Assembly (NCBI RefSeq): GCF_042650885.1
Contig: NZ_JBHSBU010000001.1
Span: 398,679 to 462,678 of the forward strand
DNA: 64,000 bases
Reading direction: 5' to 3'
From: Chitinimonas lacunae
Lineage (GTDB): Bacteria > Pseudomonadota > Gammaproteobacteria > Burkholderiales > Chitinimonadaceae
Shown: positions 10,674 to 20,623 of the stretch, piece after piece
Position numbering within the stretch: the stretch's first letter is position 1
Layout: each line of letters begins with the position of its first letter
Position numbers and translations under genes: made by a program
The notes under the pieces: model-generated
Databases searched by the model: none
What the model saw: the letters and a program-made list of their open reading frames with translations, nothing else
What the model was told of the DNA's origin: nothing

Positions 10674-11204
10674 TCAGATGTTGTGTTCTAGCAACACCAC
10701 GATATCGTGCAGCACCAGCTCGGCCCGGACCGGGTTTTTCGCCTTGGCAATGCCTTGGCGCAACTGATCAAGCAGCGGGCGCAGCGCTTCGGGGTGGGTG
10801 CATTGTTCGACTTTCCTGGTGAAGAACATGGCCTTGAGGCCCAGGTATTCGCCGGCAGCCTGATTCATCAACTGCTTGGCCTGATGCAGCCGCACCAGCG
10901 TGTCTTCGCTGAGCGGCGGCGGCGCGGCTTCGATCAATTCGACTGGCGGGTCGTCCGACTCGCTGTCGGGCACGTCCGCTACGGGAGCGGCCGGTCTGGC
11001 GATCAGTCCAAGCGCCAGCAGGCGCTCGATTCCGTCGGCCGGCACGCCCAGCGGTCCGGCCAGCGCGGCCAGCGCCGCGCCGGTCTTCTGGCCGTCGACC
11101 TGCAACAGCAGCGTCCGCAGACGCCCGGTCAGTTCGGGGCAGCTATCCCTGTCCCTGACCGCCTGTTGCCCCCTGTCTGTCTTCACCAAGATTGCGTTAT
11201 GCAT
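10674..11204 (-). CDS. hypothetical protein embedded in prp operon
   Basis: ORF of 176 aa with AAGGA RBS; high-GC coding, no recognisable motifs; lies between prpC and prpD. Confidence 0.5.
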   Translation of the reverse strand: MHNAILVKTDRGQQAVRDRDSCPELTGRLRTLLLQVDGQKTGAALAALAGPLGVPADGIERLLALGLIARPAAPVADVPDSESDDPPVELIEAAPPPLSEDTLVRLHQAKQLMNQAAGEYLGLKAMFFTRKVEQCTHPEALRPLLDQLRQGIAKAKNPVRAELVLHDIVVLLEHNI

Positions 11205-11284
11205 GGCTCGAATCCTTCATACCGTCGTAACCGGGTCGCTTCTTGTACGGACGACCTCGGAGCGAAACGGTAGCACAGCCGGAC

Positions 11285-12433
11285 TCAGCTACGCTGATCG
11301 ATCGGTACGAATTCGAGATCTTCGGGGCCGATGTAGTTGGCGCTGGGGCGGATGATCTTGCCGTCCTGGCGCTGTTCGATCACATGGGCGCTCCAACCGC
11401 TGGTACGCGAGATCACGAACAGCGGGGTGAACATGGCAGTTGGCACCTGCATCATGTGGTAGCTCACCGCCGAGAACCAATCGAGATTGGGGAACATCTT
11501 CTTGATGTCCCACATCACGGTTTCCAGTCGTTCGGCGATATCGAACATCTTCATGCTGCCGGCGTCCTGGCTCAGCTGGCGCGCCACTTCCTTGATCACC
11601 TTGTTGCGCGGGTCGCCGGTGGTATAGACCGGGTGGCCAAAGCCGATGATCACTTCCTTGTTCTCGACCCGGCGGCGGATATCGGCCTCGGCCTGGTCGG
11701 CATTCTCGTAACGTTTCTGAATCTCGAACGCCACCTCATTGGCGCCACCGTGCTTGGGACCGCGCAGCGCGCCGATGGCGCCGGTGATGGCGCTGTACAT
11801 ATCCGAGCCGGTGCCGGCGATGACGCGACCGGTAAAGGTCGAGGCGTTGAATTCATGTTCGGCGTACAGCACCAGCGAAGTGTGCATGGCCTTGACCCAC
11901 AGCTCGGACGGCTTCCTGCCGTGCAGCAGATGCAGGAAATGTCCGCCGATCGAGTCGTCGTCGGTCTCGACCTCGATCCGGCGGCCGTTGTGGCTGAAGT
12001 GATACCAGTACAACAGGGCAGAGCCGAGCGAAGCCATCAGCCGGTCGGCGATATCGCGGGCGCCGGCCAGATTGTGGTCGTCCTTCTCGGGCAGCGCGCA
12101 GCCAAGCACCGAGACGGCGGTGCGCATCACGTCCATCGGATGGGCCGAAGCCGGCAGTTGCTCCAGCACGGTCTTGAGCGAGGCCGGCAGACCGCGCAGC
12201 GACTTGAGCTTGTTGCGGTAGGCAGTGAGTTCTGCCCCGGTGGGCAGCTTGCCGTGGACCAGCAGATAGGCGATTTCTTCGAATTCGCAGCTTTCCGCCA
12301 CATCGAGAATGTCGTAACCGCGGTAGTGCAGATCGTTGCCGGTACGACCCACGGTACACAGTGCCGTATTGCCGGCTGCGACGCCGGATAGCGCCACCGA
12401 TTTCTTCGGCTTGGGCAGCAGGTTGTCACTCAT
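11285..12433 (-). CDS. prpC: 2-methylcitrate synthase
   Basis: Citrate synthase family, full length. Confidence 0.93.
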   Translation of the reverse strand: MSDNLLPKPKKSVALSGVAAGNTALCTVGRTGNDLHYRGYDILDVAESCEFEEIAYLLVHGKLPTGAELTAYRNKLKSLRGLPASLKTVLEQLPASAHPMDVMRTAVSVLGCALPEKDDHNLAGARDIADRLMASLGSALLYWYHFSHNGRRIEVETDDDSIGGHFLHLLHGRKPSELWVKAMHTSLVLYAEHEFNASTFTGRVIAGTGSDMYSAITGAIGALRGPKHGGANEVAFEIQKRYENADQAEADIRRRVENKEVIIGFGHPVYTTGDPRNKVIKEVARQLSQDAGSMKMFDIAERLETVMWDIKKMFPNLDWFSAVSYHMMQVPTAMFTPLFVISRTSGWSAHVIEQRQDGKIIRPSANYIGPEDLEFVPIDQRS

Positions 12434-12460
12434 CCTTGCTTCTCCTTCGTTGAGGGCGCG

Positions 12461-13066
12461 CTAGCGGCGCGCCCGGCGTTGAATCCTGACGCGGGCTGCG
12501 TCGCCGCTGCGCTGCTTCCAGTCGCGGCGTTTGAGCCGGTACAGTACATGGCGGCGCAGCGGGTGGCCTTCGGGCAGGCTGGGGTGGTCGAAATCGTCGG
12601 TTGGGTCGTATTGCATGCCCAGCCGCTCCATCACGGCGCGCGAGGGCCGATTGTCCACGGCGGTCATGGCGACGATATCCATCAACTGACGCTCGGCAAA
12701 ACCCAGGTCGAGCAGGCGCTGCGCCGCTTCGGTGGCATAGCCCTGGCCCCAGTATTCGGGCAGCAGCCGCCAGCCGATCTCGATGCACGGGGTGAAATGG
12801 GTCTGGTAGGGCGGGGGGAACAGCCCGATCACCCCGGCAAATTCGGTGATCTCGGGCAACTCCAGCACCAGGAACCCCCAGCCTTTCTCGGCAAACAGCG
12901 CTTGTGCCCGGGCGGCTTCGGCATCGCTTTCTGCCCGCGTCAGCCGAGACGGAAAGAACCGCCGCACCTGCGGGTCGGCATTGAGCCGGGCAAAGGGCAC
13001 CAGGTCGTCCTGATGCCACTGGCGCAGCACGATGCGCTCGCCGCGCAGCCACAACTGGCGTGTCAT
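12461..13066 (-). CDS. GNAT family N-acetyltransferase (RimJ/RimL-like) inserted in prp operon
   Basis: GNAT core motifs ([29 protein letters not shown]); start codon overlaps prpB stop (ATGA at 13063-13066). Confidence 0.8.
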   Translation of the reverse strand: MTRQLWLRGERIVLRQWHQDDLVPFARLNADPQVRRFFPSRLTRAESDAEAARAQALFAEKGWGFLVLELPEITEFAGVIGLFPPPYQTHFTPCIEIGWRLLPEYWGQGYATEAAQRLLDLGFAERQLMDIVAMTAVDNRPSRAVMERLGMQYDPTDDFDHPSLPEGHPLRRHVLYRLKRRDWKQRSGDAARVRIQRRARR

Positions 13067-13950
13067 GCCTTGTCCTGCTGGGCGAACAGGGCATCGAGCT
13101 TCTGTTCGAAATCGTGATAAGCAAGGTGGTCGTACAGGTCCATCCGGGTCTGCATGGTGTCGAGCACGGCCTGCTGACTGCCATCGCGACGGATGGTCCG
13201 GTAGACGTTGAGCGCTGCCTGCGACATGGCGCGGAAGGCCGACAGCGGGTAGAGAATCATCGCCACATCGGCCGAAGCCAGTTCATCGCGGGTAAACAGC
13301 GGGGTCTTGCCGAATTCGGTGATATTGGCCAGCACCGGCACCTTCACGGCGGCGGCGAACTGGCGGTACATATCGAGGCTTTCCATCGCTTCGGGAAAGA
13401 TCATGTCGGCACCCGCTTCGACACAGGCCACCGCCCGGTCGATGGCGGCCTGCAAGCCTTCCACGGCCAGTGCATCGGTGCGGGCCATGATCACGAAATC
13501 GGGGTCGGTACGGGCATCCACGGCGGCCTTGATCCGGTCGACCATTTCGGTCTGCGACACGATGGCCTTGCCCGGCCGATGGCCGCAGCGCTTGGCCTGG
13601 ACCTGGTCCTCGATATGGACGGCACCGGCGCCCGCCTTGATCATGCTGCGCACCGTGCGGGCGATATTGAAGGCGCCACCCCAGCCGGTATCGATATCGA
13701 CCAGCACCGGCAGATCGGTGATATCGGTAATCCGCCGCACATCGATCAACACATCTTCCAGCGTGGTAATGCCGAGATCCGGAATGCCGCAGGAGCTGGC
13801 TGCCACCCCACCGCCCGAGACATAAAGCGCCCGGTAGCCGCTGTGCTCTGCCAGACGGGCGGCATAGGCGTTGATTGCACCGACGATCTGCAAGGGCTTT
13901 TCGGTCGCGACAGCGTGGCGGAAACGGGCGCCGGCAGAGGCAAGGGCCAT
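13063..13950 (-). CDS. prpB: methylisocitrate lyase
   Basis: ICL/PEPM family ([36 protein letters not shown]...KRCGH); start set at MALASAG... with AGGAG RBS. The tracked ORF extends 15 codons further upstream. Confidence 0.9.
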   Translation of the reverse strand: MALASAGARFRHAVATEKPLQIVGAINAYAARLAEHSGYRALYVSGGGVAASSCGIPDLGITTLEDVLIDVRRITDITDLPVLVDIDTGWGGAFNIARTVRSMIKAGAGAVHIEDQVQAKRCGHRPGKAIVSQTEMVDRIKAAVDARTDPDFVIMARTDALAVEGLQAAIDRAVACVEAGADMIFPEAMESLDMYRQFAAAVKVPVLANITEFGKTPLFTRDELASADVAMILYPLSAFRAMSQAALNVYRTIRRDGSQQAVLDTMQTRMDLYDHLAYHDFEQKLDALFAQQDKA

Positions 13951-13989
13951 GACGGGAACTCCTGGGATCAATGGAAACGGGCAGGGCGA

Positions 13990-14007
13990 TAGCAAAAGTC
14001 TTGCCAG
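13990..14007 (-). promoter_or_regulatory. sigma-54 (-24/-12) promoter for prpB operon
   Basis: Minus-strand sequence TGGCAAGACTTTTGCT matches TGGCAC-N5-TTGCW with correct GG/GC spacing, about 35-40 nt upstream of prpB start. Confidence 0.6.
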
Positions 14008-14114
14008 CCCGCCAAGCCGCTGGTGGCCGCGTCCAGACCCTTCATAAAAACAAGCTGCTAGCCCTGGTCACTCCTTTATCTCCGCGTCCAGGCCAGACCC
14101 GGAAGGCAATGTGC

Positions 14115-14151
14115 TGTTTCAAATATGAAACCGATGTTTCAAGTCTGAAAC
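14115..14151. promoter_or_regulatory. two tandem perfect palindromes, putative PrpR enhancer (UAS) sites
   Basis: GTTTCA-aata-TGAAAC (14116-14131) and GTTTCA-agtc-TGAAAC (14136-14151), about 110-150 bp upstream of the sigma-54 promoter and about 90 bp upstream of divergent prpR. Confidence 0.55.
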
Positions 14152-14241
14152 TGTGTTCCAATGGCGGGCGCTTTGCATCGGCCTAGGGAGAGTCGGTGGA
14201 AAGCGGACAGTGGTTGTGGACTCATCACCGTGGAATTCCCT

Positions 14242-16119
14242 ATGCCTGCCATGCCTTTGCCGCAACTTGCCGTGGTCGCCACCCGGGCGCTGGCCGATCT
14301 GGTCCGTGAGCTGGCGCCTTTGCATGGCGGCCGCTTTGAACTGCGGCTGATCGAGAAACCAGTGGAGCAGGCGCTGGAGACGGTGCGCGAGCTGGCGCGT
14401 GCCGGCCTCGTCGACGCCGTGGTGGCGGCCGGGCGGGGGGCGGAGCGCTTGCGGGTCGAATCGCCCGTGCCGGTGGCGGCGATCCAGGTCAGTGGCTATG
14501 ACATCCTCCAGGCCCTGGCGCGGGCGCGGGCCATCGATCCGCGCGCGGTGCTGCTGAGCCGGCGGCGGCTGGCCGACGAATTCGACCGCTTGCGCCCGCT
14601 ATTGGCCATCGACGTGGTGCAGTTGCTGTACGAGGACGACGACGAGGCGCGCAGCCAGCTTGACCGCCTGCGCCAAGGGGCGCGGCCGGTGGTGGTCGGC
14701 TCTAGCCAGGTGGTCAATCTAGCGGGGCAGTTCGGTTTGCCGAGCGTGCTGGTCTATTCGGCCGAAGCGGTGGCGCAGGCTTTCGAGGCGGCGTTGGAGC
14801 TGGTGCGGGTGGCGCGTCAGGAGGAAGCCAAGCGTGAGCGGCTCGACCGGATATTGGAAAGCCTTGCCGAGGGGGTGGCGGCCGTCGATCTGGAGGAGCG
14901 GGTCCAGGCCATCAACCCGGCCCTGGCGCGGCTGATCGGTGTGGCGCCCGAATGGGCGCTTGGGCGACGGCTGTCCGAGCTTGCGCCTGTGCTGACCTTG
15001 CAGGAAGTGCTGAAGAGCGGTGAGCCACGGCGCGATGAGGTGGCCAGCGTAGGCGGCCGGACGCTGGTGACGCAGCGCCTGCCGCTGATCGAAGCGGGCA
15101 GCCAGGTCGGCGCCGTGTTGACCTTGCAGGAGTCGGGCGCGATCGAGCGGGCCGATCGTAAGCTGCGCAGCGAGGCGCGCAAGAGCCAGTTCCGCGCCCG
15201 TTATCGCTTGACCGATCTGCTGGGCGAATCGCCGGCCATCCGCCATGCCCGCGAACTGGCCCGCTTGTATGCCCAATCGGACGGCTCGGTGCTGATCGGT
15301 GGCGCCTCGGGCACCGGCAAGGAGCTGGTGGCCCAGGGCATCCATCAAGCCTCGCGTCGGGCCGGCGGCGCCTTTGTGGCGCTCAATTGCGCGGCTTTGC
15401 CGGAAACGCTGCTCGAATCCGAACTGTTCGGATATGAGGAAGGCGCGTTTACCGGTTCCCGCCGCGGCGGCAAGCCGGGTCTGCTGGAGCTGGCCCATCA
15501 GGGCACCTTGTTCCTCGACGAGATCGGCGATATGCCGCTGGGGCTGCAAACCCGTCTGTTGCGGGTCTTGCAGGAGCGGGAAGTGTTGCGGCTCGGCGCC
15601 TCCGAACCCGTGCCGATCAATGTGCGGGTGATCGCCGCGACCCATGCCGATCTGCGCGCCGGCATCACGGCCGGCTGGTTTCGTGCTGACCTGTATTACC
15701 GGCTCGCTATCCTGACCCTGACCCTGCCGCCCTTGGCCGAACGCGGCGGTGATGTGGCCATTCTCACTGATGCCCTGGCGCGCGAGGCGCTGGCCCGGGT
15801 CGGTTCGAGCCGACCGGCCCACGATCTGGCCAAGCCGCTGTTGGCCGCAGCGGCCGGTTACGCCTGGCCCGGCAATGTGCGGGAATTGCAGAATCTGGTG
15901 GAACGGGCAGCGGTGCTGCTGCAAGCAGGCGCTGCGCTTGATCGGGACGACTGGCGCCGCCTGGCACCCGAGCTTGGCGCCACACCGCTGCCACTCGACG
16001 GCGGTCGCCGCGCCCTGGCGCTGGAGATGCTGGCCGCCTGTGGTGGCGATCGGGCGGAGGCGGCACGCCGGCTGGGGATCAGTCGCACGACGCTATGGCG
16101 GCTGACTCGGACTGAGTGA
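14242..16119 (+). CDS. prpR: sigma-54-dependent propionate catabolism operon activator
   Basis: N-terminal PrpR propionate-sensing domain, PAS, AAA+ sigma-54 interaction domain (GESGTGKE-like GASGTGKELVAQGIH, ESELFGYEEGAFTG GAFTGA motif), C-terminal HTH; start chosen at ATG 14242 (alternative 14251). Confidence 0.9.
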   Translation: MPAMPLPQLAVVATRALADLVRELAPLHGGRFELRLIEKPVEQALETVRELARAGLVDAVVAAGRGAERLRVESPVPVAAIQVSGYDILQALARARAIDPRAVLLSRRRLADEFDRLRPLLAIDVVQLLYEDDDEARSQLDRLRQGARPVVVGSSQVVNLAGQFGLPSVLVYSAEAVAQAFEAALELVRVARQEEAKRERLDRILESLAEGVAAVDLEERVQAINPALARLIGVAPEWALGRRLSELAPVLTLQEVLKSGEPRRDEVASVGGRTLVTQRLPLIEAGSQVGAVLTLQESGAIERADRKLRSEARKSQFRARYRLTDLLGESPAIRHARELARLYAQSDGSVLIGGASGTGKELVAQGIHQASRRAGGAFVALNCAALPETLLESELFGYEEGAFTGSRRGGKPGLLELAHQGTLFLDEIGDMPLGLQTRLLRVLQEREVLRLGASEPVPINVRVIAATHADLRAGITAGWFRADLYYRLAILTLTLPPLAERGGDVAILTDALAREALARVGSSRPAHDLAKPLLAAAAGYAWPGNVRELQNLVERAAVLLQAGAALDRDDWRRLAPELGATPLPLDGGRRALALEMLAACGGDRAEAARRLGISRTTLWRLTRTE

Positions 16120-16369
16120 GGCGAGGGAAGAGGCTGGCGCGATGGTCGGGGGCGCGAGGAGGCGGCCGTGGGCTCGATCGGTTGGCCGTCCGGCCCGGAA
16201 GACTCACTGCGCTGTGGCCGCCTGTGGCGGCTGGGCCGGGGGGCCACGTCTCGGTGGCGGGTCCATGCCGGCTGAAGCGTACACAGGCGGATTCGGAAAA
16301 TTTCAGGAAATTACTGTGCTAGATTTGATGCGGGATTGAACGAAAAACTAAAAATCCCTGGATCGGCTT

Positions 16370-16708
16370 TCAAGCGCCGTTGCGATCAAGATGGGGCAGC
16401 TTGTTGGTGACGCCGGCCCATTGCTCATGGTCGGGCAGCGGGTCTTTCTTCTCGACGATCACCGTCCACTTGGGGCTGCGGGCCAGTTCGGCGTTGAGGG
16501 CAATATAGACTTGCTGGTCGGCCGGCACATCGTCTTCGGCATAGATGGCCTCGACCGGGCACTCGGCCACGCACAGGGTGCAGTCGATGCATTCATCGGG
16601 GTCGATGACCAGGAAGTTCGGGCCTTCGCGGAAACAGTCGACCGGACAGACATCGACGCAATCGGTATATTTGCACTTGACGCAGGCGTCGGTAACAACA
16701 TAGGTCAT
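16370..16708 (-). CDS. fdxA: 7Fe ferredoxin (Azotobacter-type FdxA)
   Basis: [26 protein letters not shown]...[12 protein letters not shown] cysteine pattern; the tracked ORF is over-extended upstream; true start at 16708. Confidence 0.9.
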   Translation of the reverse strand: MTYVVTDACVKCKYTDCVDVCPVDCFREGPNFLVIDPDECIDCTLCVAECPVEAIYAEDDVPADQQVYIALNAELARSPKWTVIVEKKDPLPDHEQWAGVTNKLPHLDRNGA

Positions 16709-16786
16709 ATTAGTTTTACCTCGGTAATACGCGGTTCGGGAATTGCCCCGAATTGTAACAGAGCGCACTCGCGCGCTCTCGCACGC

Positions 16787-17734
16787 ATGGTTATTTTCAA
16801 AGACACTCCTCCCATATTGCCGCCGCGTTATCGCGGCCGTTTTGCACCCAGTCCCAGCGGACCGCTTCATATCGGTTCGCTGCTCGCTGCCATGGCCAGC
16901 CGTCTTGAGGCACGCGCCCATGGCGGCGAATGGCTGGTGCGAATCGAAGACCTCGACCCCCCACGCGAACAGCCCGGCGCCAGCGCTGCGATCCTGCGCA
17001 CCCTCGAAGCGCTGGGCTTTGAATGGGATGGCGAGGTGAGTTATCAAAGCCAGCGCCACGCCTTGTACGAGGCGGCTTTGCAACAGTTGCGCGAAGCCGG
17101 TCTTGCCTACCCTTGCGGCTGCACCCGGCGCGAAATTGCCGATTCTTCCTTGCGTGGAATCGATGGACCGGTCTATCCCGGCTATTGCCGCCATGGCCTG
17201 GCACCCGGACGCAGCGCACGCGCCTGGCGGTTGCGTGTGGCGCCCGGCGTGGAGATTGCCTATACCGACGCCATACAAGGCCGGCGGGTCCAGGCGCTGG
17301 CTAGCGAGGTGGGCGATTTCATACTGCGGCGGGCCGATGGCTATTTTGCCTACCAGTTGGCGGTGGTGGTCGACGATGCCGCGCAGGGGGTCACCGATGT
17401 GGTACGCGGCGCCGATCTACTCGACTCTACGCCGCGTCAGGTATACTTATGCCAATGTCTTGGTCTGAAGGCTTTTCGTTATGCCCATTTGCCGGTCCTG
17501 GTGAACGAGGCAGGCGAGAAGCTCAGCAAGCAGACGCTGGCGCCCGCCGTCGAGGTGACGGAAGGCGCCGCCTTATTGGTCCGGGTATTACGCTATCTTG
17601 GTCAAACGGTGCCGAAGGAGCTGGAAACGGTATCGATCGCCGAGGTCTGGCGCTGGGCCGATGCACACTGGTCGCTCGAAGCCGTGCCCAAACGGTTGGG
17701 CATACCGGTGCAGGCAGCGATGGGTGGCATGTAG
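16787..17734 (+). CDS. gluQ: glutamyl-Q tRNA(Asp) synthetase
   Basis: Truncated GluRS-like catalytic domain ([20 protein letters not shown] motif, CGCTR zinc site, VVDD, KLSKQ KMSKS-like motif). Confidence 0.85.
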   Translation: MVIFKDTPPILPPRYRGRFAPSPSGPLHIGSLLAAMASRLEARAHGGEWLVRIEDLDPPREQPGASAAILRTLEALGFEWDGEVSYQSQRHALYEAALQQLREAGLAYPCGCTRREIADSSLRGIDGPVYPGYCRHGLAPGRSARAWRLRVAPGVEIAYTDAIQGRRVQALASEVGDFILRRADGYFAYQLAVVVDDAAQGVTDVVRGADLLDSTPRQVYLCQCLGLKAFRYAHLPVLVNEAGEKLSKQTLAPAVEVTEGAALLVRVLRYLGQTVPKELETVSIAEVWRWADAHWSLEAVPKRLGIPVQAAMGGM

Positions 17735-17884
17735 TAATTGCCAAAGGCGCAAGCCATTGTCATCTATCCCATTGAAAAATAAGCCGCAAAATTTTCTTTT
17801 AATTGTGCGGAATGGGTGTACTAAACTCAGATGGCATGTTTGCTTGCGCGCGTAAACCCATGATGTTATTTTACTTGTCCCAAA

Positions 17885-20620
17885 ATGGACGCTAGAAAAA
17901 GGGTGGGAGCTGTGCGAATTAAATCGAAATTCAAAGCCTGTGCCTTGGCTGTCTCGCTGGCGGTTTTACCCGCCACGGTCGGCGCGGCTGGCTTGGGAAG
18001 GCTGAATGTGCTCTCGGGGCTGGGGCAACCGCTTCGCGCCGAGATCGATTTGGTCTCCGTTCAGCCCGCCGAAGTCGATTCTCTGCGTGCCACCTTGGCG
18101 GCGCCCGAAGCGTTCCGGGAAGCGCAGATCGAATATCCGCCCTCATCACTGGGCCTGCGTTTTAATCTGGAAAAACGCGCAAACGGTCAATACTATATTG
18201 CCGTCAATTCCAGCCAATCAGTCAGCGAACCTTTCCTTGATTTGCTGGTTGAACTCAAATGGGAAGGCGGCCGAGTTCTGCGTGAATACACCGCTTTGCT
18301 CGACCCGCAAGGTTACGTTCCCAACAAACCCACTGAAGCGCCGATCGTCGGAGCCAAGCCAACCCCGACCAAGCCCGCCGTCCGCCCGGCCGACGGCTCG
18401 CGCTCGGTCGATACCACCGGTCCGGCCCAGAGCGGCAGCAAAACCACCGCCAAACCTACCCGTCCCGCCGAAGACACCACGGCTGGCGACGGCGAATACA
18501 CCGTCAAAGCCGGCGATACCCTGGCTGGTATCGCCCGCAGTCATCAAGTCGAAGGCGTCAGCCTCGAACAAATGCTGGTCGGCCTCTATCGCGCCAATAT
18601 GGACGCGTTCGAAGGCAAGAACATGAACCGCCTCAAGCGCGGCAAGAAGCTCAAGATTCCGACCGCCAGCGAGCTGTCGGAAATCCCGCGTGCCGCGGCC
18701 AGCCAGGAAATCCGTATCCAGGCCGAAGACTGGCGTGCCTACCGTGGCAAGCTTGCCGATGCGGCCGGCGCCAGCAGCAGCGGCGACACGGGCGGTACCG
18801 GCAAGATCACCGCCAAGGTCGAGGACCGTACCCCCACCGCTTCCTCGGGCAGCCCGGACAAGCTGCGTCTGTCCAAGGGCGACGAGAACAGCAAGAACCT
18901 GCAACAGAAGATCCAGGCACTCGAAGAAGAGAACGCCGCCCGTCAAAAGGCTTTGAACGAAGCCCAGCAACGCGTGACCAGCTTGCAGCAGAACATCGAG
19001 AAGATGGAGAAGCTGCTGGCCATGCAGAACCAGGCCGGCAACCAGGCGCAGAAAAACGCCGAGCAGGCGCGCGCCCCGCTCGAACCCAAGCCGGTCGAGC
19101 CGCCCAAGCCCGCCGGTGCCGAACCGGCCAAACCCGTCGACCCGCCCAAGTCCCCCGAGACGCCGCCTGCGGGCGATGGCGCCAAGCCGGTAGAGCCGCC
19201 GCCGTTGCCGCCGCCGCAAGGTGAGACGCCGACTGCTCCGTCGGCCGAAACCACGCCGCCGCCACCGACCGAAACGCCACCGCCGCCGAAGAAACCGAAA
19301 GTATTCGTACCGCCTCCGGAGCCGGAGGAGGAGTCGCTGCTCGACAACCCGATGGTGTTGGTCGGTGGGGCTATGGTTGGACTCGGGCTGCTAGGGGGGG
19401 GTGTGTTCTTTGCCTTGCGCCGCCGAAAAAAGCCTAGTTTTGAGGACAGCATCATCACCGGATCTGACCTCAAGTCCAACACGGTGGTCGGCAATACCGG
19501 CGGTGCAGTCATCAGCACGGGTGTGACCGAAAACTCCTTTCTGACCGATTTCAGCCGCGAGGGCCTCGGTACCATCGATACCGATGAGGTCGATCCGATC
19601 GCTGAAGCCGAGGTCTATATGGCCTACGGCCGCGACGCCCAGGCCGAGGAAATCCTCAAGGATGCCCTGGCCCGCGACGGCAGCCGTCAGGAAGTCCGGC
19701 TCAAGCTGCTCGAGATCTACAACGCCCGCAAGAATGTGGCGGCGTTCAATCAGTACGCCCAGGAACTGTATACCGGCACCCAGGGCCAAGGTCCGCTGTG
19801 GGCGCAGGCGGCTGAGATGGGTCGGCTGCTCGACCCGCAGAATCCGCTGTACCAGCAGGCCAACCCGGTCAATACCAGCGCCATGGATAAAACCATGGTG
19901 ATGCGGGCCGGTGCCGCAGCCGGCATGATCGATACGGCCAAGCTCAATGCCCCGCTGGTCGAAACCCCGGCAGTGGCGACTTCGGCGACCGATCTCGACT
20001 TCCAGCTCGACACCCCGCAAGGCGGCGATCTGGACTTCGACCTCGGCGTGACCCCGACACCCGCTCCGGCCCCGACTCCGCGTGCCGCTGAACCGGCCCC
20101 AGCAGTCGATCTGGCCGACGATGGTCTGGACTTCCAGATCGGCGATCTGTCGCCGACGCCTGCGCCGGCACCCGATCCGGCTGATGCGATGCTGTCGCTC
20201 GATATTCCGCTCGACCTCGGTGTCACTCCGGCGCCAGCGGCCAAGCCGCTCGACCTGGGCAAGACCCCGGCGCCAACGCTGCCCAAGGAAACGCCGGTGC
20301 TCGAAGAGCCCGCATTCAAGGGTGGTGACCTCGATGGCGGCCTCGACTTCAATTTCGACCTCGGCGACACTCCGAGCCCGACGCCCGCTCCGGCGCCGAT
20401 CGCGGTGCCGGCAGTCGAGACGGTCGATCTGGGCGGTGATGCCGATGTGCTCGACTTTGGCAGCGAACTGGACGATCCGGTCACCACCAAGATCGATCTG
20501 GCCCGTGCCTATATCGATATGGGCGATAAGGAAGGTGCTCGCGAAATCCTTCAGGAAGCAGCCGTTGAAGGCAATAGCGAACAGAAAGCGGCAGCCGAGG
20601 CGCTGCTGGCCCAGCTCTGA
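17885..20620 (+). CDS. fimV: FimV/HubP-like polar scaffold protein (LysM, coiled coil, acidic repeats, C-terminal FimV motif)
   Basis: Signal/TM N-terminus, LysM domain (YTVKAGDTLAGIARSH), Pro-rich linker and TM segment, acidic D/L/G repeats, conserved C-terminal ...IDLARAYIDMGDKEGAREILQEAA... The GTG at 17912 with GGGAG RBS is an alternative start. Confidence 0.85.
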   Translation: MDARKRVGAVRIKSKFKACALAVSLAVLPATVGAAGLGRLNVLSGLGQPLRAEIDLVSVQPAEVDSLRATLAAPEAFREAQIEYPPSSLGLRFNLEKRANGQYYIAVNSSQSVSEPFLDLLVELKWEGGRVLREYTALLDPQGYVPNKPTEAPIVGAKPTPTKPAVRPADGSRSVDTTGPAQSGSKTTAKPTRPAEDTTAGDGEYTVKAGDTLAGIARSHQVEGVSLEQMLVGLYRANMDAFEGKNMNRLKRGKKLKIPTASELSEIPRAAASQEIRIQAEDWRAYRGKLADAAGASSSGDTGGTGKITAKVEDRTPTASSGSPDKLRLSKGDENSKNLQQKIQALEEENAARQKALNEAQQRVTSLQQNIEKMEKLLAMQNQAGNQAQKNAEQARAPLEPKPVEPPKPAGAEPAKPVDPPKSPETPPAGDGAKPVEPPPLPPPQGETPTAPSAETTPPPPTETPPPPKKPKVFVPPPEPEEESLLDNPMVLVGGAMVGLGLLGGGVFFALRRRKKPSFEDSIITGSDLKSNTVVGNTGGAVISTGVTENSFLTDFSREGLGTIDTDEVDPIAEAEVYMAYGRDAQAEEILKDALARDGSRQEVRLKLLEIYNARKNVAAFNQYAQELYTGTQGQGPLWAQAAEMGRLLDPQNPLYQQANPVNTSAMDKTMVMRAGAAAGMIDTAKLNAPLVETPAVATSATDLDFQLDTPQGGDLDFDLGVTPTPAPAPTPRAAEPAPAVDLADDGLDFQIGDLSPTPAPAPDPADAMLSLDIPLDLGVTPAPAAKPLDLGKTPAPTLPKETPVLEEPAFKGGDLDGGLDFNFDLGDTPSPTPAPAPIAVPAVETVDLGGDADVLDFGSELDDPVTTKIDLARAYIDMGDKEGAREILQEAAVEGNSEQKAAAEALLAQL
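19990..20470 (+). repeat. in-frame acidic tandem repeats inside fimV
   Basis: Repeated GGDLDF(D/Q)LG(V/D)TP(T/S)PAPAP-type units visible in nucleotide and protein sequence. Confidence 0.6.
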
Positions 20621-20623
20621 TCC

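Noticed and set aside
9078-13992. Plus-strand ORFs of 537, 382 and 310 aa antisense to prpD, prpC and prpB
   Set aside because: They mirror genuine prp genes on the opposite strand, lack RBSs and have low-complexity R/G/A-rich sequences
16120-16369. Terminator between convergent prpR and fdxA
   Set aside because: Only a weak GGGATT...AATCCC stem with a 15-20 nt loop and interrupted T-run; not convincing
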